The position numbers and the translations under genes are program-made. A stretch of DNA of 63,105 nt, filler included, from Collodictyon triciliatum (taxonomy: Eukaryota), in assembly GCA_043381765.1 (NCBI GenBank). It is 7 parts of 7 records of this genome, joined end to end, with 100 filler letters (N's around TTAATTAATTAA, not from the genome) between each part and the next. Parts side by side here need not be neighbours in the genome. Positions count along the whole stretch, not along the records: positions 11,269 to 22,430 come from JBHJMP010002469.1; positions 22,531 to 33,691 come from JBHJMP010002470.1; 5 more parts are not named here. One strand, 5' to 3'. The notes below the pieces were generated by a model, which was not told where the DNA came from, searched no databases, and saw only the letters and a list, made by a program, of their open reading frames with translations. Shown piece after piece: positions 13,040 to 25,875 of this stretch (within the stretch, counting starts at the first letter, position 1; the number at the start of each line of letters is the position of its first letter).

Positions 13040-13540
13040 GGAAAATTGAATTAAAAAGAAAAAGGAAAATAGAAAAAGGAAAATAGAAAAAGGAAAATAG
13101 AAAAAGGAAAATAGGAAAAAGGAAAAAAGGAAAAAGAAAAAGAAAAAAGGAAATCGAAATAGGAAAATAGAAAAAGGAAAATAGAAAAAGAAAATTAAAT
13201 TAAAACGAAAAGAAAAGGAAAACTTAAAGGAAAACGAAAAAGAAAACGAAAAGGAAAAGGAAAGGGAAAGGAAAACGAAAACAAAAACAAAAACAAAAAC
13301 GAAAAAGGAAAAGGAAAAACAAAAACGAAAACAAAAACGAAAAGTAAAAAGAAAACGAAAACGAAAACGAAAAAGGAAAACGAAAACGAAAACGAAAAAG
13401 AAAAAGGAAAAACGAAAACAAAGAGAGGAAACAAATAAAGAAAAAGGAAAAGGAAAAGGAAATAAAAAACGAAAGGGAAAATGAAATTGAAATGATAAAC
13501 CCAGATAAGAAAGGAAACGAATAAAGAAAAAACGAAAAGA
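13040..13540. repeat. Degenerate purine-rich repeats (GGAAAATAGAAAAA, GAAAAC, GGAAAA)
   Basis: Direct read of sequence. Confidence 0.9.
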
Positions 13541-14039
13541 AAATATTCAACTCTTACTCCGTGATTTCGACGAGATCCTCAGATGACACGGTGTGCTGCT
13601 GGCGATCGGGTTGAACAGCTGCTGGGAAAGCCCGAGGTTGGCCACGCAGTCGACAACAGTTTCTTCTCCAGCGTATTTCACCGCGCAGCAAAGAGAGTAT
13701 TTATGCTGCTGTTATTCCGGGCTCTTCACAACACGCTTGCTTTGAAAACAGATATACAGCGTTTCAGTCTGCTTCATCTCAGGTTTTCCTGCTTTGTGAG
13801 TTGCTGCGATTTCCTGTTTGATTATTTGTGATTCTGCTTGATCGAAGAAATCCGTTTGATCTGGAAAGACTGAAGATTCATAGAAATACAGCTTATTTGG
13901 TAGACTGAGATTCGTTAGATAAGGGAGGAAGTGAATTTGCAACGCCACTAAATCTTACATTTTTCCATTTCTTTTTTTTAATTCTGGTTTTTGAATGCGT
14001 ATTTCCTAGCTCTCCTATTGGTCGATGCAATAGTATTTC

Positions 14040-15033
14040 CTTGAGATTGAGGACGGCAGTGCATTCCATATCAACATGGGCATCACAAAGAAAACTGACG
14101 GCTGCGTAACAGGCGCGGGCGGGAGGTTTCTTGGTGAAGATTAGGAATGGCAGTTTTATGCTGTGTAAAGTTTTTGCCATTCCTGATTCCCAAGAACACA
14201 AGATACATCGGTAGAAAAATAATAAGGTATCAAATACGCTATACGCGATATATGATATACATGAAATGACTGCAAAAGGTGAGATTTGGATTCAAGCTTT
14301 TCTGATGATGGCATGTGTCAATAATCTATCCAGTGAATGATTATATATGGAACGTGGATTTCGTTAATCACTGCAAAGTCTTTGTGTTGCGGAGAAGGAC
14401 AGTGGGTTGACAGCATTTGCAAGAGACATCTGCCAGTCTCCAGAATGACCTTCATATTCTCCAAACCAGGCTGAGTGCCTTTTGAGTGGCGTGAAAGTGA
14501 CTCGACACAGTGTACGCACACACAGATAGCCCAAATAGTATTCTATCATGATGAGGAGCTATATTGAAAAACATAAAGTCATGTCTTTGGGCAATTGATT
14601 GTTTGTGATAAACCCTGGCGAGCTTGGACTTTGGACATCGGCTGCGAGCTCCGTTTTCTGCGATGATAAAAATATTTTCTTTCAGTTTGGCTTATTGAGT
14701 GAGGGATTTTGTTCTGTTTGTGAGAAATACTTTTGTGCAACGAGTTTTTCTTTCTGCATTTGATAAAAAAGAAAGTGAAGGAGTGCTTGGTTGTGAAGTA
14801 TCCACCGAGGGATTCATTCCGCTTTGTCCAGAGGCGAAGAGGAAGCCCTTTGCTGCGGTCGCTTGGCTAAGAATAATATGCGACTTTGTTATGCGCAAAA
14901 GTACTTTAGTCAAAAGAGAACTTGTGCAGCAAGTATTGGGATAATACAATACCTTTTAAGGGCCGATCGCTTCGGGGACAGATTCCGTGTGGATGATGTC
15001 CTTCGTAGGGCGTCTCTTTTGCGAGTCAACCAT
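14040..15033 (-). pseudogene. RidA/YjgF/YER057c/UK114 family pseudogene retaining introns
   Basis: MVDSQKRRPTKDIIHTESVPEAIGP* (TAA 14956-14958 where GPY is expected, and phase mismatch at the donor) | SQATAAKGFLFASGQSGMNP | ...GLENMKVILETG...KDFAVINEI (several frameshifts) | FTKKPPARACYAAVSFLCDAHVDMECTAVL. Collinear with the RidA motifs IGPYSQA, SGQ, PAR and VEIE. Confidence 0.75.
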
Positions 15034-15479
15034 TCCTTTGGCTGAGACGGGTATTTTATTTTGTGAAAAGTCTGCTCACCCAACAAAAAACATATCTTTG
15101 AAATCAATAAGAGTCCTATTGTGCGGTGGTTTATACTCACGCTAAAACAAGACCAAAAATACAACAAAATAATAACCAAAAAACTATTGGAAAAAGAAAA
15201 GAAAAGATAAATGCTCAATAGAATTTCCTTTCTTAAAAATAACGCTAGATAAACTGAAAGCAAAAGGGATTATGCTTGCAGCGCGCCATCCTTGATTTGC
15301 GTGCGAAAAAAAGAAATAAACTCTTCTTAAGCACAGAATAGAAAACAATAGTTATGTCCGCAGGCTATTGCTGTAAGTGAAAATATCTTCGTGTCTCTTC
15401 ATCTATACATTCACTTTTTATCTTTTATTTTTCTCTATCTTTTTGTTCTTCATTCCAATATCTTGCTAACACGTCGATG

Positions 15480-16900
15480 CCAGGAAAAAGTGGCCATCAA
15501 GAGACCAAAAACAATCAGGCTGTCTGCAGAGAATGCTTCTTCCATTTGGTTGAGACAGATACACCAAACGACTGTCATTAACAGGTCTTGGAATTGAGAA
15601 AAGCGTGACTATTCTTGTTCAGTTTATTGTTTTTTGCCTCATTCCTACATTATACGATACAATATAAGTCACCAAGTCTCATCGAACTTTTCAAATGTTG
15701 CTTATTCGACAGAGGCGACAAAGCAGCGATTGCAGCGTCGAGTGGGAAAGGTAGTAGAATCACGCAAAATATCATATCTGGCTCTCTTGTAGCACATTTA
15801 TTTAATCGATTTATTCTCTCTGTGATATCATTAAAATGAGATTATATGGAATCGTTGGAATTATATGATATTACAATCCAATTTTCTTAATCATTATTAT
15901 ATTTATATATATTTAATTCTGGATTTTATTGATAACTGTTTTGCTGACCATTCTTGCATTATCCACTTGCAGACTCCAACGTGTTGACCCATGCAATGAC
16001 TCCGCTGGATAAAACACAAAACTACAGCTTGACTTTGTTATTCTGTATGTTGACGGATGAATTGCAGTATTTATACTTTATTTAATTTTTTGTTTTCTAT
16101 TTTGATAAAGCTTGTATATTTTCTTTTAAACAACCGTCATTATCTAAATCTTTCAATATTTGAGTATATACCGTGATGATTACCCGGAGGTTCCCCATTT
16201 TTTCTTATTAAAATACCCAAACACCTTTGTGTACTCAACGTATATAGCATTTCTGACAAAAAAAATGCTACAGATGTTTGCATCGGATGATTTTGACTAT
16301 GATTTATTTATTTTTATTTAAAAAAATATAACGCATACCGTAAAGCACAACGAGCAACAATATGAAAACCCCTTGAAAAACGTCTCATAGAATGAGCTTT
16401 ATGGATGGACGATGAACCGAATCGGGAGATAATCAGACAATGAAATAATTGTAATTCATTTACTTATCCATTAAAAAATTATTCTCGTCGCATCCAACTC
16501 AGACATACTCTCTTTTATCTTCTAGAAAAAAAATGCAGACTACTTAATCTATAATATTTCGCCCTCTCTCATTTCAAATTATAGGCCTTTACTTGCGGAG
16601 ACTTTTACAGACAGGCACTCGACCATGGTGCAGGACTTCTATGCGCTGACAAAATCGCTACCGAACACGGTGCAGACGAAATGGTAGACTGGTGTGATGA
16701 ATATTATGTCCATCGTTCTATTCAAACGTTCTCCCAAAAAGTATGAAATACATCATTCTTATATTCAATTCAGAAATCACACGATTTGAGTTTGTTGTAG
16801 AGGATTTCAACTATTTTCTTATTTCTCTGCTCATTGGTTTTTAAGTGGAGATATCGCTCGAATTCAACGCTGCTCAAGTATTACCTCAGGAAGCCAAGTT
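15480..16900 (+). pseudogene. Degenerate CK2-alpha-like (CMGC) protein kinase fragments
   Basis: EKVAIKRPKTIR (~15482, subdomain II-like); exon ~16586-16740 reads [34 protein letters not shown] across frameshifts (cf. CK2 [28 protein letters not shown]); TLLKY at ~16870. No intact HRD or DFG found. Confidence 0.45.
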
Positions 16901-19900
16901 CTGAGTTTAGCATGATATAGTACTATTACATAATAATAGGTAAACCTGCCTATATTTCACACAAACAATCACAAGAAAACTCATATATATATATTAACCT
17001 GCGCACTTTATTACAAATCCATTCCAATTTTTTGATTTCTTCAGCATCACACCCATGACACAAACCTCTCAAGCTTTGCTACGAGAAAGAGAAAGGGATG
17101 TGAACTTTCCTCCCTTTGTAAATCCTCGACAATCATAAATAGTAAAGACTCAAACCGTAACTTCTTTCCTTTTAGGTATGCATCGAATACCCATGACGGG
17201 TTTGGTTGAGACTATCTCAGAGATTTGCAGTGTATTTGGTCGAGTGAAATTGTAGGTTTTTTTTTTTCATCTAAATGTGTTCGCTGAACTAATAGCATTA
17301 AAAATACATATGAAAAATAGATATTTAGTGTATTCTCTTTACTCCCATAGAAATCAGTGGCCTTTTTTATTTTATTTTTTTTTTATCAAAAACCAATATA
17401 ATGTTAAATTTGTACTCTTGATTTAGTTCATGCGGATACACTGAGTTTGTGTTTATACCTTCTCAATAGACATCATCCAATCGGCTGAAGCAAGACTTTT
17501 GATAATGAGGACAAAACTCCTATGCAAAGTATGTGTTCGCGATGCGGATACATCAGCAGCCAAAAAAAGTCTGCCAAAGTGTGCTTTCTGCTCGATAGTC
17601 TTATCGCGGGCTTCCAAAACTTGCCGTTGGAAAGACAAAGAAACGGGTTTGCTTTTCCTTTTTGCTTTTGTTGCAAATAAGTGACGCTTTCATTTCTTCG
17701 CTTTTACTGTCATTTTTTTCAAATCAAACATATTTGACACCAAATACTATCAGCAGTCTCCTGTGCAATATATTTCTCTTTTTCCGAGTCGCAATGATTG
17801 ACGCATCTGTTGTTTTGTTAATTACATCAGGAGCAGTCGTTTACCGAGCGCAGTGCAGAGTCATCAATTAAGAGGCTCGATGCCATACACAAGATAAACA
17901 TCAATCTTTAGAATGTATATTAGAGCTTTAAAAAACCGGTATCAAACGAATAAATACTTTTTCGAATAATTTCGATTCTATTATTCTTGAACTTCAATAT
18001 TTACTCAAAAGAGGAGTGATTACTTTTTTATCTGCTTGGCTAATCTATACAAGTGATGCTTTGAGTTTATTGACCGATTGATAGACGCTGCAATATTCGG
18101 CCGCAGCGATGAGCAACCGTTTCACAAAGAAGCACAACATAATCCTAGCAACTGGAAATATGCATCACATATCCGCATTCAGTCGACGTCATAAGCTGCG
18201 AAAGGTGGCAAGAAATAGGCACTTGTGCATCGGGTATTGCACTCCGAGACAAGAAGAACGATTAAAAAATACTTATCTTGTATAAAAGATTATAAGAAAA
18301 CAGAAAAATTGTATTCTCTTACACATCGATGATGAACGATGTGCAGCAGATTGAATTTTGGACGATGTACTTTTCTCACTTTCATAGCAAAGAGAGAACC
18401 TTTGCAGGATGCACCATGGCCATGCAAACAACATGCGGATGAGGCTGCGAAATATCATCTAATCCAGTGCTTGGAAAAAATCGAATTAGCACGATGGAAT
18501 CAAAGAGATGTCTTGGATGGATATAATTGCGGAGCATCTGACAAAACAGTTGGGTCACTCGGAGATGAATAAATATCGACAGTTCAAGTAAGCCTCCCAT
18601 TCTGATAGTTATATATTGATAGACAACTGCAGAATTACTTTGATTATTAGAGAGCTCTGACAGCGATGGCGCTGTGTGGGTCGGGCATGTATCCATACTC
18701 GACGTGTATGTCACCATTATTTGAACAAGAAAGATGGTTTTATTCTTTTCCTAGTCGTTTTTTCAAGTCATTTACACACAAAGTACCCAAATAATGGCCT
18801 CGAAGTTCTGTTTTTCTGGTCCAAAAAAAAGAATATCTATATCTCTTCATGCGCTTTATTTAAAGGTAGGTTGTATATAGTGTTCGTAGATGAAGGAATA
18901 ATCAAAAGAGTTCCATTATATACAAAGGCATTCGATGGTGTCCCTTTCATTCGGCTGGAAGACGGAAAATGTGCTGCAGATGGTGCGGTGGACATTTGCT
19001 TCAATGTAAATCGTTTCTCCACCAGTCTGTCGCGAGACCAACTGGGTAGGAATGCCTTTTTGGGTGATTTCTTTGTTGTACTGACCACCACCTTCGCTAA
19101 ATATGAATAAATAGGCATCGTTTTTATAATTGTTTGCTTTCAAAACCCTACCCCACAAACTTACATTGACCCTAACCCTTACATATAGAAAGAGAATATA
19201 AACCTTACAGCTTTATTATTTAGCAGCAGTATAGATAAAAGAAAATCATTTTTGCTGCATAGAAACGAATATCATGCATCCGATATCGCAGGGCACTGGA
19301 TGTCAAGCGACAGCTCAGGGTTTACATCACTTTTTGTCTTGTAGTCTAATTGTGTTTGATAATCAACAGAGGATTTTCTCAATGAATACTCGTTTCGGCA
19401 AGAAAAAATGAATCAGGTATTATGGACATGTTTGTTTCTTTTCAAGTTCAGATTGTCTGCCTTTTTTCTTTTTGTTAAATTTGCCTGATTACCTGGATGA
19501 TGATATCATTTTCATTCGCGCATGCAACAATCATGATTGTGGTTCATTGAATGAGCAAACTAACCCGCTGCAGCATTTCCTATTTCCCCACTGGAAACAA
19601 TAAGGTCAACTCGCTGAAGCTTTTCCCACTTTATTACAGTATCTTTATTGAATACGCAAAGTATAATTCTGATCATATATTATACATCTATGTGTTTCTT
19701 TTGTGCATGTTTATATCTCTTCAAAAAATTATATGATGTCTCCTTTCGGGATTCTCCTATTCTATCGCGCTTTATATTCCGGTGTTTTTTTTTGATGTTT
19801 TTCATTAACCGAAAGAAATATAAAAGAAACAGGTGTTCCACGACTCGTATTTGTTTAGAATCTAGCAACAGACAACAAAAAAACCAGAATAGTAACGATG

Positions 19901-20949
19901 TTATTATCAAGTAAGTAAACGGACGAACTAATTGATGGGTTTTCAAAATATTCGAAAGAAGAAGACTTTGCAGTAAGGACAAGCGTAATTGACAAACTGG
20001 CTCATTGCTCTATCACGGTTGAATGTGTTGATTGTGCACAAAGAATACTCTCGTTCGAATATTTTGTTTGTTGTTCATTCTGTGTGTGCCAGAATAGAAA
20101 CCATGATGTCATTCATCATCATTTTTTTGTGTATCATATCTCCTTGATTGCACATTGCGATATGTGCTTTCGCGAGAAATAAAATATCTTAAGGCAAGAG
20201 ATTTTGAAAATCCGAATCAAAAAATATACTTTTTCCCCTTTATTCGATTCAAAGTGCAGCGAGGTTGTGCCATACAAAGGGGCGAGATAGGTGCGAATAA
20301 AAAAATACACTTAAAAACGAAAACAATTGAAATTATTAATAAAACCTAGAACTGTTTATCAACTACTCATCAAAATGTCCAATTTTCACTGACGAGTGCC
20401 TCACTGACAGAAACAAGAAAATTGTGCCCAACCAGTCCGTGAGTATGAAAATGAAAATTGGTTGAATACAATTGAGAATAAAAATGATACAAAAGTATTT
20501 GTTTAAACCTATATGGGAATGAATCACAAGTGTGACATAAGCAGCGTAATTCTCAATCAAAATAATTGTACCTTGTCATCTGGAACTCTTGTTGTAGACC
20601 AATGTGATTATTTTCAGGATAAAGAATGAAGCATTCAACTCTGCTTCTTCCATTAAACATACTCATAGCAGCACCGCCTGATTATAATTGGGTAGATTGC
20701 ATGGAATTAGCAGGAATCCATTCATAAAACTACAGACTACAAAAAGCGCACTCATATTTCCTATTCAACCAAGCAAACTCCATATATCTCCAGAGGCTGC
20801 AGTCACTATGGTCACGGTCTTCCGAGTTTTTATGTAGAAAATATTCCTATTCTCCCAAAAAACTGCATCGACAAATTCTTAAATTGATGGAGTTTATAAC
20901 CTACACAGATTAACAAGACTACTTGATAATATCAATATTAGATATTATT

Positions 20950-22430
20950 GAGGTATGTTTTCTTTGGATGAATCTTCAAGTTACATTACTGAAGACCTTG
21001 AGTTCCCACACCCGATTTTCAATCAAGCTTCCCGCACCTGATGGAAAAACGAGCCGAGACGGGGAGATCGGCGCAAGCCGCGACCCCGAGTGGCGCGTAA
21101 GTCTAGGAAAATCCGTGCAAAGAAGCCACCTGCAAGTCTGTATGAGCGGAGTATTTTTGCTCGGGGTCGAGCAATTCGCCTGCAACAAGAACAAGGCCCG
21201 CATACTCACAGATGCGCTCGCCTCCTTCTTGAAAGCGAACAAACTTCGGGAAGATTCCATCCAACTGCACTTACTGGATAGCGAAGGCCTTTGCCTGATT
21301 ACCTTCCGCACTGCAGAAAACGTCCGAAAGCTTCTGGAGCTGAAGCAGATAAGTTTAAGTGATATTACAATCAGCTTCAGCAGAAGTAAACCAACAGAGA
21401 CCTCGGTGTTGCTCTAACAACTACCGCTGGACGTGTGGTCACAACTCCTTCGTGAGGAGCTGGAGCCGTTCAGACCGTCCCACGTAGATATAAAAAAGGA
21501 CAAAGGCTTCTTCACAGACATAGCCAGTGAAGCTTCTTTGTCACAAGAGCCAGCTCCCTGCAAAGTTTACGATCATGGGCAAAAAGTGTCCAAAGCACAT
21601 CCTCAAAGAGCGTCCGCCAGCCGCGAACAACGAACGACAAGTAAAAGCTCCGCAAAAGAATACACCCGCCAAGCAGACAAGCAGCAACGGGTTCAAGGAA
21701 GCCAAGACAGGCAACAACATTGTCCACAAGACTCACAGCAGATATGCGCATACACGATAGCGACGACGACATGGAGGGAAATCTCGGTTCCTCTTCAGAA
21801 TCTTCGCACTCGAGCCCTTCATCACCAACATTGGACAAGCCCGTACATAGCAAGACCCAAGAGCAGTGCATCTCCGAACCCCGAAAGAAACCCCCCTTAA
21901 ACTACCCATTCAGACTGACGTGAATATGGTTAGCACAGGAGGCATCAAGGTAGTCTTTGTTACTTATCCGAAAGGATACTCCAAAGCGAAGGCAACACAA
22001 GAACAAGCACCCACCAAAGATAGTCCGTTTATCCTGCCCCAGCCCGTCGCACCGAGAACCAAGGAGCAAGAGCAGACACCACAAGTCGAATCCAAGCTTA
22101 GAACTTCACACACCAAAGGCAGTCCGAGCAAGTAGGAGCGTATGTTTCTAAAACCACGAACGCATATCCATACACCGGTTAAGCGAAGTCCACTGCCAAA
22201 TGCGCATGGTTCCGAAACCAGGGGACGGTCAAGCGCCACTTCCGCTAATACCAGACAAATAACGATGTATCGCTTTCTTCCTGAGTCGTGCAGCAAGAAA
22301 CGCAAGGAAAGTGATCCGTTGTCCCCTCAAAAGACTCATCCTGTGGAATGAAATAGGATGTAAACCTTGTCTGAGATAGATGGTTGAAAGGACTCGTCGG
22401 AATCGATTTGAGAAGTAACTGCCATGTGCG
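20950..22430 (+). mobile_element. Possible decayed non-LTR (LINE) ORF1-like remnant
   Basis: GC-richer intronless stretch; in-frame TAA at 21415-21417 followed by QLPLDVWSQLLREELEPF, then frameshifts and a basic low-complexity tail. The ITF..AE.V.KLL and VLL.QLP...L.EEL pattern resembles L1/Tx1 ORF1. No RT or endonuclease before the contig end. Confidence 0.35.
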
Positions 22431-22530
22431 NNNNNNNNNNNNNNNNNNNNNNNNNNNNNNNNNNNNNNNNNNNNTTAATTAATTAANNNNNNNNNNNNNN
22501 NNNNNNNNNNNNNNNNNNNNNNNNNNNNNN
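22431..22530. other. Artificial contig linker
   Basis: N44-TTAATTAATTAA-N44. Confidence 0.97.
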
Positions 22531-23238
22531 TTATCTGAACTCTGGTCACACAAGGTCTCTGTGCTGAATCCTGACTGGTCTCGTGTGAGGGAAATCGGGA
22601 GCGAGGGAAGTAATATTGGCCAACTCAAATACCCGAGAGGTGTTGCTATTCACCATGACGGGACAATAGTGATTGTAGACAATGACAATAATAGAATTTG
22701 CATCTACTCCCAAACTTATGAGCTGCTCCACACACTCGGGTCGTCCGGTATAGGCGATGGACAGTTTCAAGAGCCGTACAACGCTGTTTTCGACACAGAT
22801 GGCTTTTTTTATGTCACAGACCGAGACAACCACCGAATTCAAAAGTTTTTCAAGGATGGAACTTTTGTGCACTCGTGGGATGTTTTTTGTCCTGACTCTA
22901 GAGTGAAATGGAAACCTGAAGGCATCGCCCTGTCCACCGACCAAACGTTGTACATATCTTCGAGAAAACGTGGCTTGGTGCTTGTCTACTCGCGCACAGG
23001 AGAGTTCATCCGTAGAATCCCCGTGGAGGCATCAGGCGACCAGTACTGTGATATATGCCTTACTTCAGGGGACGGTTTCGCCATTAGTGACTGCGAGAAA
23101 AATATAGTTCGCTTTTATGATGCTCACGGCACTTTCCTGAACTCAATCAGCGTAAATTCTCCGGTTGGGATGGCGTTTGGATTCAACGACGAGTTCTATG
23201 TTATATCCAAAGATTCAAACGAAGTCGTCGTTTATTAG
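22531..23238 (+). CDS. NHL-repeat beta-propeller protein, 5'-truncated by contig end
   Basis: GSEGSNIGQLKYPRGVAI...VDNDNNRI; GSSGIGDGQFQEPYNAVFD...VTDRDNHRIQKF; WKPEGIA: typical NHL repeats. Confidence 0.88.
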   Translation, partial: LSELWSHKVSVLNPDWSRVREIGSEGSNIGQLKYPRGVAIHHDGTIVIVDNDNNRICIYSQTYELLHTLGSSGIGDGQFQEPYNAVFDTDGFFYVTDRDNHRIQKFFKDGTFVHSWDVFCPDSRVKWKPEGIALSTDQTLYISSRKRGLVLVYSRTGEFIRRIPVEASGDQYCDICLTSGDGFAISDCEKNIVRFYDAHGTFLNSISVNSPVGMAFGFNDEFYVISKDSNEVVVY

Positions 23239-23781
23239 CCGACTCTTTCCCCTTATGAGGACTTGCTTCCCTCTCCTTTTGCAAGCGCTGTCTTCACTTT
23301 CACAGCTCCTGAAAGATAAACCTTGCTTACAGAAAAGCGTGTCCAAACAAACACGCACGCAAAGAAGAAAAGCATGAACGAAAATACCATACTAAACCGC
23401 GCAGCACTTATGACGTGGCGCTTGTGGCGATTCGCAAGTTTTTGGCGACTGACAGGCGCACAGAAACAACGCTTTCGCAGAGAACCATGTGCCTCTGTTT
23501 GTGGTTTGTGGAGGTTGTCGGCACTATTTCATGAGGCGAAACGAAGGCGTATCTCGCTTCTTTTTTTTCTTCCTTTTTTCTTTTTTTCCTTTTTTCCTTT
23601 TTTCCTTTTTTCCTTTTTCTTTTTTTTTTCTTCCTTTTTTTTCTTTTTTTTCCTTTTTCCTTTTCCTTTTCCTTTTTTTAAGTGCTTGTGAGGCTGACTG
23701 GGTGTATGAGAGGGGGAAAGCTGAAGAGAGCTGAAGAGAGAGCACGGATGGAACTGGAATAAGCGAATCCAAGTACAGGTC

Positions 23782-25425
23782 ATGCGCAATCTACTCATCG
23801 GCCTTATTGAGTGGAGGCTTCGTGTGCGGCCGCATCTAAAAGACAAACTCGGCACATTGGCAAACGAGCAGCGTCCTAATGGTACAGTCCAGTTCATTTC
23901 ATCATAAAACACACACATAAAAAAACTCGAATAATAGCGCTTCTTTTCTTCTTTTTTGAATTTTTTTGTCATGGCAAAAAGAAAAGGAGCTCAGAAAGTC
24001 TTTCTAACGCACTATTTTCGGTGAATAAAAGAAATGAATCCTTACCACTTTGCTTTTGAGATGCTGTACTTATCAGGACAATCAAGCTTTTTGCATCAAG
24101 CATAAAATAATTATGTGAAACACACACGTTTCCTGCAGTTTTATTCATCGGCTGCAGCGACAGTCGTGTTGCAGTCAACGTCTTCGCATCCACTCGCCCA
24201 GGCGATACGTATGTGATTCGGAATGTTGGGAATCTTGTTCCTCCAAGCAAGGACTCTGCGCTTCATCAGGATTTGGAAAAGGGCTTTGTCGGCTCTGCTG
24301 TTGAGTTTGGAATACACTCGCTCGATGTAAAGAACATTATCGTATGCGGGCACTCTGGATGCGGTGCACTCCATGCGCTGACAAAATTGAATGGATTGCA
24401 CCAAGACGGCTTTGATGCAGAGAAGACCAAAGGTTATCTTTTAAGATGAAAAGCATCGAACGAAAAACACTATGATTTACCGTTCGAAAATATTCTCTTT
24501 TCTTTTTTGGAAAGGGAAATAGAAGAACAAGTTTCTAATTCTTAACAGGATGTTGCTGATATTTTTTCTTTTCCTTTATTCGATTCAAAGTGACGTTGCT
24601 AATATATTAAAGTATGGTTCAATAGAACACTTGCATGCAAAAGAGGCGAATAAAAATCAATATCCCGGATTGAATCAGCATGTCTGTAACCACTCGCTTG
24701 GGTCTTTTCCTGTGATGCAAGGGATGCCGTCAATGACATCGTGGCTGAGGTGGGGTCNNNNNNNNNNNNNNNNNNNNNNNNNNNNNNNNNNNNNNNNNNN
24801 NNNNNNNNNNNNNNNNNNNNNNNNNNNNNNNNNNNNNNNNNNNNNNNNNNNNNNNNNNNNNNNNNNNNNNNNNNNNNNNNNNNNNNNNNNNNNNNNNNNN
24901 NNNNNNNNNNNNNNNNNNNNNNNNNNNNNNNNNNNNNNNNNNNNNNNNNNNNNNNNNNNNNNNNNNNNNNNNNNNNNNNNNNNNNNNNNNNNNNNNNNNN
25001 NNNNNNNNNNNNNNNNNNNNNNNNNNNNNNNNNNNNNNNNNNNNNNNNNNNNNNNNNNNNNNNNNNNNNNNNNNNNNNNNNNNNNNNNNNNNNNNNNNNN
25101 NNNNNNNNNNNNNNNNNNNNNNNNNNNNNNNNNNNNNNNNNNNNNNNNNNNNNNNNNNNNNNNNNNNNNNNNNNNNNNNNNNNNNNNNNNNNNNNNNNNN
25201 NNNNNNNNNNNNNNNNNNNNNNNNNNNNNNNNNNNNNNNNNNNNNNNNNNNNNNNNNNNNNNNNNNNNNNNNNNNNNNNNNNNNNNNAACTGCTTCCGAT
25301 TAATTGATTTGAGTGAGGCCAACCGCATTATGGAAGCCATGAATGAACCGCCCATCAATAGAGACCTGATGGATGCATTGCGGGGGAATCTAAGTGATTA
25401 CGAGGCACTTCTGGACACAGCCTAG
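23782..25425 (+). CDS. Beta-class carbonic anhydrase (spliced; middle lost in N gap 24758-25287)
   Basis: MRNLLIGL...EQRPN|VLFIGCSDSRVAVNVFASTRPGDTYVIRNVGNLVPP...AVEFGI..LDVKNIIVCGHSGCGA: CxDxR and HxxC Zn-ligand motifs. Third exon GMPSMTSWLRWG; assignment of the post-gap stretch as the C-terminus is inferred. Confidence 0.92.
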
Positions 25426-25875
25426 ACACCAAGCCGGTTTTCTCTTTTCCTGCTTTATTTTTGTTTTGTGAGTGCTTTTCTTTCTTTTCCCTTTTTATTT
25501 CTCTCTGTTTCTTTTTTTTTTCTTTTCTATCAAATAAACTTCACCAAAGCTTGGGATTGGAGTGAAACAGAAAACATAGAGTCGGCAGGGAGACACATTA
25601 ATCATTTAATTATTTATCACATGCTATTTCCACGTAACGCTTCATTTTTTTTACTCATCACTTATACCACCGTCAGAACCGAAGAGGATATCCGGAGCTA
25701 CTGTCTTGGGATATGAGTTCTTCAGTATTACAACGTTCGATTCCAGTATTACTTATTTAATTAGTTAATTGCTTTTGCCATGCTCTCTTCGAGGTCTTCT
25801 GCTGGGCACTTTAACTGAGGCTCAGAAGAGAGCAAAGCAAACAAAAATCCGTCCAGGAAAATAGGCGATTATGAT

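Noticed and set aside
17470-17650. MYND-like or other zinc-finger exon (CSRCG, KCAFC)
   Set aside because: Cys motifs lie in different frames and are too degenerate to assign.
11269-22430. Stop-codon reassignment or programmed frameshifting as the cause of the broken genes
   Set aside because: Genes on other segments are intact and end in TAA, TAG and TGA; lesions include varied indels with no shared motif.
24550-25425. Long ORFs spanning the N gap
   Set aside because: Open only because of Ns.
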